Virus record (IMG/VR): IMGVR_UViG_3300026493_000016
Coordinates: 81,873-145,872 of that record
DNA: 64,000 nt
Source of the DNA: a virus
Strand: one strand, 5' to 3'
The translations under genes and the position numbers were made by a program. Below the pieces are notes generated by a model. That model worked only from the letters and a program-made list of their open reading frames with translations, was not told the DNA's origin and ran no database searches. Below are positions 54,533 to 64,000 of the stretch, piece after piece. The first letter of the stretch is position 1. Each line of letters opens with the position of its first letter.

Positions 54533-57500
54533 CTAGTTATTAGATATGAATGCCCAACCTGCGGTAGTAGGACTTTCTACTTTTAGAACTTTTATCGGTC
54601 CCATGTTTATTTCTTCTTCCGCTCGAAGTTTCTTAGTCCACGTCTCGTCCTTATCCAACTTAAATATTTCTTCTGGTTTTCCATCTCGGATGTAATAACC
54701 TGCGAATTGACTTGGTGTAATGACCGTGAAACCTATTTCGTTACCTTTATCGTCAATCTGAGATACTCGAATACCATCTAAGTTTAGACGGACGTTTGTA
54801 TTATAGTTTTCACCTGTTGCTAGTGTCCACTTTATCGGCTTATCTCCTATATGAACCATTATACCAGAAAGGAGAGCAGTACACTGTGTACCAGCCGTTA
54901 ACTTCAGTCGAATCTTATTAGTATCCGGTGTGAAAGCGAAGTACATTGGTGTATATCCACTATGGACTGTATCCATGTTATTAGCGATACCTCCATTGTT
55001 AATATTAACCCAATCTAGTTCACTTGTTGGGTTTTCCTTGGTTGACCTTTGTAACTCTATTTTAAATCTAAAGTTTTCGTTAGTCCCTCCTGTAAGTTTC
55101 TTGATGTAGTAGCTTACGATGAAAGGTTGGTTAGGGATAACGTTAAGGACTTGTGCGATTGTTCTAGTTCTACCTCCGGCTGTCGCCGCATCAAACATGA
55201 ATCCACTATTAAATCCAAGTGCATCCAGCTCATTCGTCTGTACTTGTGTAGGTATAGGTAGCGACTTGTCTAGGACATCATCCCAGTAGGTGAATACATC
55301 TCTCGTACCTACTGTGCTTTTAGCGAAACCAATAGAGTTCTTAACGACATTCATTCCACCTGACGAGAAGAATCTTGCTGTCCACGAACGGTCCAGTTGC
55401 TCAATCTCTGATTTTTGGACATATGGCGAAAAGTCAATGTTTTGCATAGCCTCCGCTAATGCTTGTTTGTACTCCTCACTAGCTGTGTTCAAGTCATCTT
55501 GAGTCGCAAACTTATCGAGGTCATCTTTATTTGCTTTTCCTTCTAAATCAGTTAAGTTAGCTTTGTCCTTTAAACCTAACTCGTACTCCCTCGAACTAAA
55601 TACTACACTCTTAATGGAGTCTGTTTCTACTTTCTGCTCGGCGTTCGCTAACCGTCTCTCTAAAACTGGAACAAGGTAACGAGTATCTTCCTGCACAGTG
55701 GCTAAGTTAGTACCGTACATGAATTGACCATCTTTATTATTGAATGGCGGTGTCCAATCTGTGTAGATATATCTTATAGATGTAGGGTGAGTTCCCTCAG
55801 GGTCTGCTAGGATGTCAATTGCTCCAGTGAAAGAGCAATATGATTCGAAAGTAGTTTCTACCTGATACACTATTTGCCATTGTTGACTAGAATACTTACT
55901 TACCATAGTTGGTGCTAGGTCTACAGGTCGTTTGTATTGTGCTGATATCGCAATGTTGTTTTGAATAATCATATCGTTTTGGTCGTAGTTTATAGGTGTG
56001 AAACTAGGAGCTAATCCACCCGAACCTGTAAATGGTTTAAATGTGTAGTAAACTCGACCGCCTGACTCATTTCGGATAGGGTCCCCTTCATATAACTTCC
56101 ACCCACGCATAAAGAAGGCAATATCTTCTCCACGAACATTAAATGTTGATGTGATGTTTAAATCTTCATCTGATATTAGGAATGAGAAGTTTTGGTTTGC
56201 ATAGTCTACTTTGAATTGGTTAGGTTTCGTAAAGTCTCCTGTTACTAATCTCTCTAACTCTTCTCCTTTGTGATTAGCTAATCTAACTGTACCGTTGTTA
56301 GCTATTCGTCTTGTTGCTGCGTTATTCAGTTGAACTTGTCTGTATCTTTTGCCTCCTAGTGTCACATTCTGGTTTTGTATTGTCATGAAGTATCCTGTGT
56401 CTAGTAGCACATCTGCAAATCTATTGACTTTTGTTGGAGTTCCGTCTTCTAGCCATTTAAACTCATCTCGGTTAGTACCGTCTCCATGGAAAATCTCACT
56501 AATAGTCATACTAGACCTTGTTGATTCGGTATTGTCTCTAACTGTATAGAAAGTAGGGAGAGTGATACCTGCGATTGCTCGGTTACGGTTAAAGTATCCT
56601 TCTTCTGGTCTCGGCGAGAATTCGAAAGTTTCTTCTGTGACGTCTACGGCAATCATGAAATTAGAAATAGTTACTGTACCAGTTACACCATCCATACGCA
56701 TATTAACAGATGTGAACCCCGAAACATTTAGTGGGTTTTTTGTTGTCATGTATACTCCACTCGTATTGTTAGGTGTGATGTAAACTCTAGGTGCTAGCTC
56801 TGGGTAAGGGTTACTACCCTGCATGTAGAATGAACCAGCAGGAGTTGCGTTTCCTGTAGGTTCAAAACTCCAGTAGTATCCTATAACAAACCTTCTAGAA
56901 CTCAACAGTTGTGTAGCACCAGCTGCGAAATTATATATATTCTTAGTCTCGTTACCTTCTGGTCTACCTGTTCCCGTATGTTTTTGTGGTGTAGAAGTTC
57001 CTAAAACTAAGTTCAAACCACCTACTTCTAGGTTGTTTTTGGTATTACCTTTAAAAATAGGTAGTGCTAGTGTAGTTATTGGAGGGCTAATCGCCGTTGA
57101 TGGAACTGTCAAGTCTACTAGCTTATGTTGACCGGATTTGCTTATGTTCTTAATGGTTTGGTCTATATCCTCAATCTTGTTTTCTGTGAACTCTTTTTGT
57201 TTCTTTTGAACAAGGACGGTTAGTAATGCATAAGCAGAATCATAAGCGTTCCACCATTTATCCCAATCCGCACGTTTAACATCCATGATTGTATCACTTG
57301 TAGTATCCCATGGGAACACGTTATTACGTCCGCCTGTTTTAAGACCTTTAAGGTACGCTACGAGCTCGTTATACGCTTTTTCTAACTCTTTGTATGTCGG
57401 GTCGCTTGCGCTGTCCACAGCGATGTCTCTGGCTTGTTTACGGATAGCGTGGAAACTACCTCTGTTCCATGAATCTGCATCCATCTGAGCTACAGTAGCT

Positions 57501-60466
57501 GGTTCTTGCGTACCTGACAGAGAGACACCTGTAATGTCTGCTAGTTTAACTTTGACCAAACTGCGTTCGAAACGAGTAAGAAAATTGTCGTCACCTAATG
57601 CATCCATATTGAAATCTGTGTTGTCTGTGTCTCGTCTTGTATCCTCTGGAGCAGGAACCCAGTCGGCAGGTATTACACCTTTTACTAGGATATGTGACTT
57701 AACTTCTAATCTACCACCTACACCTACAGCGGACATACTAGTAGGTTCTAGTCTCAATGTTTTATCTACGTTGTTTGGGTCATTTACAGTATCCATCATT
57801 TGTTGTGTAAATGTGAACGTACCCCAAACCATCTTCCATTGCTGGGTAGCGATAGTTGGAGCGGGATTTGGATTACCTTGTGAAGATTTGTCATATGCCA
57901 CAATAGATTCTGTTGTTCCTGTGTTATTTGTAGCATACATTCTCACAGGTATTCCTCCTGATGGAGTTACCCCTCCGACACTACGAACATAACAAGAATA
58001 TGTCAGGATGTCTCCAACAGAAATAACGCCACTTGCAGCTAACTTACTCAACTTATAATCCATACCTGCCCAAGCTTCTGCTGTAGAATTTATCCACGTA
58101 TCTTGGTTTGTTGCGTTTTGGTCTGGAGGTCTAACTGAGCTTGTTCCTCCTTTGTTTAGCCATCCTCCTGATGTGACACCTTGTGCTGTCTCTCTATTAG
58201 GGTCTGATGGGTTATTTGAGTTTTGTGTACCATAGTCACGAGAACCAATAAATAAGTTACGGATATTGACATCAAATCTGTTAACCTCTATCCATGAGCC
58301 TTGTTGCCACATCCATACGATACCTGTGCCGCGGTCATACCATAAAGAACCGTCACGTGGGTTTGTTGGTTCGACAGTACCTACCGTAATATCTTGGATG
58401 TTAGCGACTGTAACACTACCTGTAGCTAATGGAGGGTTCTTATAGTCGCAGAAGAATGTTGCTCTTTCATTTACATCTGCTGCATTAATATTGAATGAGC
58501 GACCAGAGTTTTTGTGTGCAGTGTTCCACGCTGTATCAGAAGCAGTATTATTAGATACACGCGTCCATACGAAATCGGTAGCAGGTACGGTTGTTGTTAT
58601 ATCGTCTGGTCCTTTTGTAATCTTAGCGGAGATAGTAGAGTTAACCCCACCATTAACGAATATTAGACCGTTAGATGACGATACCTCTACACGATATGGT
58701 AGATTTTTAACTGCATTATCAATCTGGTCTTGTATGTCATCTAGTTTAGAGCCTGTATTATTCTCTACCTGTGTGATTTTCATGTCTAAGTCAATAAACT
58801 GTTGAGTAATCTGCTCAGAGCTAACCTTTATAGAAATCATATTATATAGTTGAGTTAGTACTGCGCTCTGGTGTAGTGATTCTTTATTTGCGTAGTTAAC
58901 CGCGTTCTCTGCTGCTTCTTTAATACGCTCAATTTGACTAGCATCTGCTGCTTTGTCAATTTCCACTATCCATGAGTTTAAATCGTTCACATATGTCTCA
59001 GCAGCAGATGCAATATCGTCTTTCTCTTGCTTAGTTATTGTGTTGTCTGCTAACGTTAGTTTAACAACCGTGTTTAATGCAATATGGTCAGAAGCTAGTT
59101 TGTCTGCCCACTTCTTAACTGCCTGTTTTTGGTCATCTGTTAAAAATGGGTCAGTCATGATTGTACTTGTACTTCCGTCAAGAATCGATTTCTTATTATC
59201 GATGTCATCGAGACGCTTAAATATTTCTAGTTTTTGTGCATCTGTTATATTGTTGTTGACGTCATTTGCAATGTATGTTACCATATCCTCAATAGCTTTT
59301 TGAAGGCTATCCTTATTCTTACGTGCTTGGTCTTTAATCTCCTTAATACGAGCTTCAATCTCCGCAGTATCAATAAAGTAAGTATCTTTACTTACCTTCG
59401 TTTCAAGACCGCCTTCAACTTCTGTAATAGTAATCTCAAGCATCGTAAGTTGGTTATTAATTTGTTTAATTATTTTGTCAAGCTCAGGGTCAATACCACC
59501 AGAGCCACCAGAACCGATAGGTTTACCGTTTACAAGAACACCGTCTTTAGTAATCTCCATTTTAGTTTCTGGATGTTGTAACACTACAGTCCCGTCTGGT
59601 AGAATTTCCATAGATGACATGTCGAAAGACTCTTCCTCTGGATTCACCGTATCATTCTTCTTAACAATTGAGTATGAACCATCAGGTTTAAGCTCTTGGT
59701 ACGTAATACCTCCACCATCCTTATGTCTAGAACCAAGACGGAATGTCCCATCTGATTTGACAAAGAAAGTAGTTCTATGATTATCGTAAATACTTTGATG
59801 TACAAATAACATCGTAGGTGCATCTGGTGATTCTGGCTCGATTAGTTCTCCGTTAGCATAACGTGAGTGCGGAAGGTCCATATAATCAAAATGCGCATCC
59901 TGTACATAGTTATTCTCTTGGTCAGTATCCGTTGCAATTAAGAATGTTTTACCGGAAAATGTAACTTCTCGGTTACCTCGTCCATCTATGTTTTCGTATG
60001 TCATTGATGGATACAGGTTGAACGTATTCCATAGTTCTTGTTGAATGGATTCTAATGAGTCATCACCAGAAACCATGTCTGTTCTAGCTAGTTGTTGCTG
60101 GTCATCTGTCTTACCATACACGTTAATAACGATTGGCGTATCTACTTGTCCATCTATAAAACCTATAAGTACACGAGTACCGATAGTAACTAACGTAGTA
60201 GAACCATAGATATTACCGTTTGCAGTACGACCTGACATGTGTGTAGGTAGCATTGCAGAGTACTTACCATTATCGTTAGGGTTTTTAGCTGTAGAGTTTT
60301 TATCTCTCACTGTGATTACATCAACTGTGTTATACTTATAGTTAACTTTTACGACATCAGCAAGAGAGAGAGTAACTAAGTTGTTACCCTCTTTATACTT
60401 ACGTTTCATTTCTTTACCGAGTTGTGATTGGAATCTCATTGTTTGTAATGGTTCAAATTCTGGCAT
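54533..60466 (-). CDS. Large tail/baseplate fibre protein
   Basis: N-terminal OB-like spike domain (LADVVKVNYKYNTVDV, VLIGFIDG..PIV), coiled coils, binding modules. Confidence 0.8.
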   Translation of the reverse strand: MPEFEPLQTMRFQSQLGKEMKRKYKEGNNLVTLSLADVVKVNYKYNTVDVITVRDKNSTAKNPNDNGKYSAMLPTHMSGRTANGNIYGSTTLVTIGTRVLIGFIDGQVDTPIVINVYGKTDDQQQLARTDMVSGDDSLESIQQELWNTFNLYPSMTYENIDGRGNREVTFSGKTFLIATDTDQENNYVQDAHFDYMDLPHSRYANGELIEPESPDAPTMLFVHQSIYDNHRTTFFVKSDGTFRLGSRHKDGGGITYQELKPDGSYSIVKKNDTVNPEEESFDMSSMEILPDGTVVLQHPETKMEITKDGVLVNGKPIGSGGSGGIDPELDKIIKQINNQLTMLEITITEVEGGLETKVSKDTYFIDTAEIEARIKEIKDQARKNKDSLQKAIEDMVTYIANDVNNNITDAQKLEIFKRLDDIDNKKSILDGSTSTIMTDPFLTDDQKQAVKKWADKLASDHIALNTVVKLTLADNTITKQEKDDIASAAETYVNDLNSWIVEIDKAADASQIERIKEAAENAVNYANKESLHQSAVLTQLYNMISIKVSSEQITQQFIDLDMKITQVENNTGSKLDDIQDQIDNAVKNLPYRVEVSSSNGLIFVNGGVNSTISAKITKGPDDITTTVPATDFVWTRVSNNTASDTAWNTAHKNSGRSFNINAADVNERATFFCDYKNPPLATGSVTVANIQDITVGTVEPTNPRDGSLWYDRGTGIVWMWQQGSWIEVNRFDVNIRNLFIGSRDYGTQNSNNPSDPNRETAQGVTSGGWLNKGGTSSVRPPDQNATNQDTWINSTAEAWAGMDYKLSKLAASGVISVGDILTYSCYVRSVGGVTPSGGIPVRMYATNNTGTTESIVAYDKSSQGNPNPAPTIATQQWKMVWGTFTFTQQMMDTVNDPNNVDKTLRLEPTSMSAVGVGGRLEVKSHILVKGVIPADWVPAPEDTRRDTDNTDFNMDALGDDNFLTRFERSLVKVKLADITGVSLSGTQEPATVAQMDADSWNRGSFHAIRKQARDIAVDSASDPTYKELEKAYNELVAYLKGLKTGGRNNVFPWDTTSDTIMDVKRADWDKWWNAYDSAYALLTVLVQKKQKEFTENKIEDIDQTIKNISKSGQHKLVDLTVPSTAISPPITTLALPIFKGNTKNNLEVGGLNLVLGTSTPQKHTGTGRPEGNETKNIYNFAAGATQLLSSRRFVIGYYWSFEPTGNATPAGSFYMQGSNPYPELAPRVYITPNNTSGVYMTTKNPLNVSGFTSVNMRMDGVTGTVTISNFMIAVDVTEETFEFSPRPEEGYFNRNRAIAGITLPTFYTVRDNTESTRSSMTISEIFHGDGTNRDEFKWLEDGTPTKVNRFADVLLDTGYFMTIQNQNVTLGGKRYRQVQLNNAATRRIANNGTVRLANHKGEELERLVTGDFTKPNQFKVDYANQNFSFLISDEDLNITSTFNVRGEDIAFFMRGWKLYEGDPIRNESGGRVYYTFKPFTGSGGLAPSFTPINYDQNDMIIQNNIAISAQYKRPVDLAPTMVSKYSSQQWQIVYQVETTFESYCSFTGAIDILADPEGTHPTSIRYIYTDWTPPFNNKDGQFMYGTNLATVQEDTRYLVPVLERRLANAEQKVETDSIKSVVFSSREYELGLKDKANLTDLEGKANKDDLDKFATQDDLNTASEEYKQALAEAMQNIDFSPYVQKSEIEQLDRSWTARFFSSGGMNVVKNSIGFAKSTVGTRDVFTYWDDVLDKSLPIPTQVQTNELDALGFNSGFMFDAATAGGRTRTIAQVLNVIPNQPFIVSYYIKKLTGGTNENFRFKIELQRSTKENPTSELDWVNINNGGIANNMDTVHSGYTPMYFAFTPDTNKIRLKLTAGTQCTALLSGIMVHIGDKPIKWTLATGENYNTNVRLNLDGIRVSQIDDKGNEIGFTVITPSQFAGYYIRDGKPEEIFKLDKDETWTKKLRAEEEINMGPIKVLKVESPTTAGWAFISNN

Positions 60467-60489
60467 TTATATATCTCCTCCTTTTTATA

Positions 60490-60503
60490 TAGTATAGCAC
60501 AAC
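60490..60503 (-). promoter_or_regulatory. Late-type promoter motif
   Basis: GTTGTGCTATACTA. Confidence 0.65.
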
Positions 60504-62677
60504 TACCCAACATATCTTTTTACGTGTCCTTTAAACACTCTATCCCAGTAAGAACTACTCATGTCTTCCTCAGTGATTCCTTTATCTTGAGAACCGATAA
60601 ACTTACCGTTACCAGTGTATATAACAATATGACCATCAGTCTTATATGTGTCAAACCATATAAGGTCACCAACTTGCATTTGTGCTTTAACCTGTGCTTT
60701 GTCCGAGCCTCGAGAACCAACTGTCTGTAACCTTGAGTCATTCTTAATAGTATCTGTAGTCATTCCGTGCTCTCCACCTTTAAGCTGGACACCATTTAGA
60801 TTAAATATCCACCAGATGAATGATGAACAGTCGGTCTTGATTGGGGATTTAGTGAATGGGTTACCACCAGAACGACCGCCACCGAATACATAGATAGATG
60901 GTTTAGTTGTCATCTCTTTAGCTATGTTAACTGCGTTCATTGCTACTGGTCCACCTGCAACTATTCCACCTGTTCCTGTGTTACCTGTTTGACCTCCACC
61001 CGCCATCTGTGCCTCTCGTGCCGCTTTAGCTTTCTCGTATAGAGTAGCTAGTGTGTCTTCACCTAAATATCCACCTTTAAAGTCCTCTGATTTACCCCAT
61101 AGATTCGCGAAACGTTTAGCACCTCTATCTTGTAAACCTCTAGTTACTCCAATGATAGTAGAATAACCATTCGTATAACTAAACTCGTGCTGTATAGACT
61201 CAATGTAGAACTCCCACTTTGTCTCTTGTTCGAAATCTTGGTAGTATAGTTTTGTTCCTATACGAAAGGCGGGGTTACCTATTACACGAATGTCTCCAGA
61301 ATAGAAATTCGGATTCTCACAGTACCAGTTATATAGTCTATCTGTAAATGTTTTTAGTTTAGAGCTATCTGCCGATTTTTCATTATTATTTGACTGGTTG
61401 ACATCTCCTGTAGCAGATGATATAATTTGTTTATACTTATCCGGATTAAAGTTACCATCCGCGATGGCATCGATTATGCTAGTAGTCATTGAAACTGTCA
61501 TCGAAGGGAACTGCGCTTTCAATGAAGCGGACATCTCGGATTTCTTCTTACGGATAGTCTCCTTATCCATGAAACCATTCTGGTTAATGTACAACATCAA
61601 TTCATCAAATGTTGGTTGCTTAGCGGTATTCCCAGTACCATTGGCAGCATTACTAGTATTCACATTACCTGTTTGCGCTTTTGTTGCAGACAGTAGATAT
61701 CTATTAGAAGCATCTAAACGCTTATACCCATACTTTTTAATAAGCTCTGGATGGAAACGAGGATACACCCCTAAATCTAAACTAGTAAACTCCGCAATAT
61801 TAGGCGCGTCCACGCAATAAACTGAGAAGGCTTCGTTATCATTTCTGCTATAAGACTCCTGCAATACAATATCACTCGTTATTTCGTAAGATGGTAGAGC
61901 TCCCCATTTGTCTTTATCGAATGGAGTAGGTCTCATTAATGCGATACATCGTCCGTCTTTAGTGAATTCAAAGTATAACTCATTAAATGGTTTAGCTACA
62001 ACATCCTCAAGGAACTGTCTCATGGAACCTTGGTAGTTTACGAATGGTGATGGGTCTTGTAATGCCTCATCTGCTTCCCAGCTCTTAAATTCGTGAGTGA
62101 AATAATCTTGTAGTCCTGTACCATCTGCGAATGCATACTGTGCATACTTATATAAGAATCTATCCATAAGTTCGTTACCAATTCCAGCAGCAGTGTTATT
62201 AGAAAATTTAAGACCTTGCTCTGTCCCATCAGGTAACCAACCTATATCAGGAGATATAGCTGCGAACTGCTGTATTACTCCAACTTGGAAGTTGATAAGT
62301 GCTTTAGTCATTGCTTGCCCTGTAATACGATATACCAGCGTACCATTAGCGTATTCTCCATCTTTTTTAATATCAGATATTAACCCTACCATTATCCATG
62401 GGTTATCTGGTGCTTTATCTGTTACATCGGGTATAGCTTTAATACGTATTAAATCGTTAGGTCCAATTACCTTATCCCATTTATCTTGAGCTGTTACGAT
62501 GATTGAGAAAGCTGGACTATCGTCTGACATCGCATTCTTTGTTGATAGTGATAGAATCGCGTTATCAAAAGCTTTTGTTGTCAATGCTTCCCCTGTATCG
62601 TAAGTGATTTCATAAGTAGTATTTTCTGTTATTAAGTCAACCTCTATACGAGGGTATCTAGTTACAATCGTAGTCAT
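60503..62677 (-). CDS. Tail lysin: baseplate hub plus NlpC/P60 peptidoglycan endopeptidase
   Basis: Y.FGG...DCSSF...GDL.WF...GH...Y.GNG.FI. Confidence 0.88.
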   Translation of the reverse strand: MTTIVTRYPRIEVDLITENTTYEITYDTGEALTTKAFDNAILSLSTKNAMSDDSPAFSIIVTAQDKWDKVIGPNDLIRIKAIPDVTDKAPDNPWIMVGLISDIKKDGEYANGTLVYRITGQAMTKALINFQVGVIQQFAAISPDIGWLPDGTEQGLKFSNNTAAGIGNELMDRFLYKYAQYAFADGTGLQDYFTHEFKSWEADEALQDPSPFVNYQGSMRQFLEDVVAKPFNELYFEFTKDGRCIALMRPTPFDKDKWGALPSYEITSDIVLQESYSRNDNEAFSVYCVDAPNIAEFTSLDLGVYPRFHPELIKKYGYKRLDASNRYLLSATKAQTGNVNTSNAANGTGNTAKQPTFDELMLYINQNGFMDKETIRKKKSEMSASLKAQFPSMTVSMTTSIIDAIADGNFNPDKYKQIISSATGDVNQSNNNEKSADSSKLKTFTDRLYNWYCENPNFYSGDIRVIGNPAFRIGTKLYYQDFEQETKWEFYIESIQHEFSYTNGYSTIIGVTRGLQDRGAKRFANLWGKSEDFKGGYLGEDTLATLYEKAKAAREAQMAGGGQTGNTGTGGIVAGGPVAMNAVNIAKEMTTKPSIYVFGGGRSGGNPFTKSPIKTDCSSFIWWIFNLNGVQLKGGEHGMTTDTIKNDSRLQTVGSRGSDKAQVKAQMQVGDLIWFDTYKTDGHIVIYTGNGKFIGSQDKGITEEDMSSSYWDRVFKGHVKRYVG

Positions 62678-62701
62678 GTATTTTCCTCCTTTGTATACTT
62701 A

Positions 62702-62711
62702 TAATATAACA
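62702..62711 (-). promoter_or_regulatory. Late-type promoter motif
   Basis: TGTTATATTA. Confidence 0.7.
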
Positions 62712-62712
62712 G

Positions 62713-62745
62713 AAAAAGGGTAGGTGAGCTATGCTCACACCACCC
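62713..62745 (-). terminator. Intrinsic terminator after tape measure gene
   Basis: GGGTGG-T-GTGAGC-ATA-GCTCAC-CTACCC-TTTTT. Confidence 0.85.
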
Positions 62746-62747
62746 CA

Positions 62748-64000
62748 TTAAGCTATCGTCATCTCTCTTCCATAGAAACCAAGTAGACTTCCGATATCCT
62801 GTCCTGTCTTTTTCATATCCGCGCTATTCTTAACTTTATCCGAGACTTTTTCATCCCCAGTTACATTAACGTTAATTGTAGCTTGAACATTACCACTTCC
62901 CGAACCTGTTGGTGCACCTGCCATGATTGACGCTATGTTAGGCGCCCATGTTGCGTTGGTTGCGTATCCTGCGGCTTTCATCTTATCTAAATTCGTTCTT
63001 CCTTTACCGTAATACTTTTCGGATATCCACTTAGCTCCACCCATGATGCCTTTCTCAGCGGCAGAACCTCCGCCATCTTTGAATTCATAAGCGCTTGCGT
63101 ATGGACTATTGTCGAAAGCACCAATACCGAAGAAGTTTCCTTTGTCTCTAGCAATCTTAGAGGTACCCCATCCAGATTCTTCTGCTGCGTGAGCAATCAA
63201 GTAACGAGGGTCTAATCCGTATTCTTGTCCTGCTTTTAGGAATGTCGCACCCATTCCTCGCATCATAGAATCTTTAGGTGCTTTAGAATTAATCCATCCA
63301 TCTAAGTCTTCTGCTGTAAGTTTAGAGTCTGTGAATCCTAAATCATGCTGTTGAAGATTGTTTGTAGTCCACTTTTGACCTTCACCTACGAATTGTAACT
63401 TACCTTGCCCAGAGAATCCGCCTGTACCTCCTGTAGCACCTCCAGCTCCGCCGCCAACACCCATGATACCATTTTGGGCTCTTGCTTGTGCAAGTATCTG
63501 CTCAGCTCTTGTTAACACGTTCTCATACATTGTAATGTTTTCTCGTTCGTAAGATAAGTTGTCACCTTTCTTGGCTTCTGTCATCTTTTTAGTATTTGTA
63601 TTCTCTTTATCCGTCATGTTTTGAATCTGGTTGTCTTGTCCGGAAGAGATACCTAAAGCTGATGCCATGGCTCCTGATGATATTCCTAGTGAGGATGCCA
63701 TACCGTTAATCTGGTCCATATTAGGTGCACCAGTAATACCCTGTGACATTTGTGATTGTATTGCAGATGCTCCTACAGCTCCACCAGTACCTGCTGCTGC
63801 GGCTAGTGCCGATGCAGAAGTCTCAGCTTTAGCTTTGTCAGCTGCTGTTGGTTCTTCTTTAGGTTTCTTATCAAACCATCCACCTATTGTTTCACCTATA
63901 CCAGAACCAGCCCAACCACCTGCAATTGCTCCACCGATACCACCTACTGCTGTTCCTATTGGTCCAAGGAATGAACCTACTGCTGCTCCGGCTGCGGCTC
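62748..64000 (-). CDS. Tape measure protein C-terminus with GH73 glucosaminidase domain (partial; frame open beyond 63749 to window edge)
   Basis: Gly-zipper segment GAAVGSFLGPIG...; LIAHAAEESGWG, NFFGIGA, YAT. Confidence 0.85.
   Translation of the reverse strand, partial: AAAGAAVGSFLGPIGTAVGGIGGAIAGGWAGSGIGETIGGWFDKKPKEEPTAADKAKAETSASALAAAAGTGGAVGASAIQSQMSQGITGAPNMDQINGMASSLGISSGAMASALGISSGQDNQIQNMTDKENTNTKKMTEAKKGDNLSYERENITMYENVLTRAEQILAQARAQNGIMGVGGGAGGATGGTGGFSGQGKLQFVGEGQKWTTNNLQQHDLGFTDSKLTAEDLDGWINSKAPKDSMMRGMGATFLKAGQEYGLDPRYLIAHAAEESGWGTSKIARDKGNFFGIGAFDNSPYASAYEFKDGGGSAAEKGIMGGAKWISEKYYGKGRTNLDKMKAAGYATNATWAPNIASIMAGAPTGSGSGNVQATINVNVTGDEKVSDKVKNSADMKKTGQDIGSLLGFYGREMTIA

Larger units (their letters stand above)
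1..64000 (-). mobile_element. Segment of a lytic Herelleviridae (SPO1/Twort-like) myophage genome, tail/baseplate plus DNA replication modules
   Basis: Gene order TMP-tail lysin-fibre-baseplate-helicase-HTH-DnaB-SbcD-SbcC-primase-resolvase-RNR-HU-PolA-SSB-RecA-sigma is the herellevirus order. Firmicutes-type SD sites and sigma-A promoters; all genes on one strand. Confidence 0.95.

Noticed and set aside
7-62489. All plus-strand ORFs in the track (e.g. 19757..20263, 23137..23613, 57534..57992)
   Set aside because: Antisense shadows of motif-bearing minus-strand genes; Ser/Leu/Phe-rich, with no evident SD or plus-strand promoters.
54266-63196. Nested minus-strand ORFs 54266..54457, 60559..60741, 62038..62229 and 62987..63196
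   Set aside because: Short out-of-frame ORFs within structural genes, with no evident SD or recognisable motifs.
1-64000. tRNA, rRNA, CRISPR array, integrase or transposase
   Set aside because: None seen; intergenic gaps are short and are explained by promoters, terminators or small ORFs.

Overview
This 64-kb window is from a large lytic myophage of the Herelleviridae (SPO1/Twort/A511-like, most consistent with a Bacillus cereus-group Bastillevirinae-type phage). All credible genes are on the minus strand. In transcription order (right to left) it contains: the end of the tape-measure/glucosaminidase gene, an NlpC/P60 tail lysin, tail fibre, baseplate and adsorption genes, and then the replication block. 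That block comprises an SF2 helicase, an HTH/Rep-like insert, an HTH regulator, DnaB helicase, SbcD/SbcC, a Gp67-like anti-sigma factor, primase, dUTPase, resolvase, class I RNR with flavodoxin and thioredoxin, HU, a UDG-domain family A DNA polymerase, a UvsY-like protein, SSB, RecA, a sigma factor, holin and a virion protein. Many small accessory ORFs lie between these genes. About ten sigma-A-type promoters, a -10-only late-type motif and about ten intrinsic terminators are visible. The most notable observations are: a structured ~140-nt ssb leader (5' hairpin, 5-codon uORF, H-type pseudoknot, A-rich run) resembling the T4 gene 32 autogenous operator; several tandem diverged paralog pairs, including an A-B-A'-B' cassette; a dUTPase with a ~115-aa motif VI-like insert and altered motifs; a possible cluster-less spore-photoproduct-lyase-like protein next to HU; binding modules shared between two tail proteins; and apparent strong GATC/GGCC avoidance. 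No tRNA, CRISPR array, intron or intein was seen. All homology calls come from motif recognition and recall, not from database searches.
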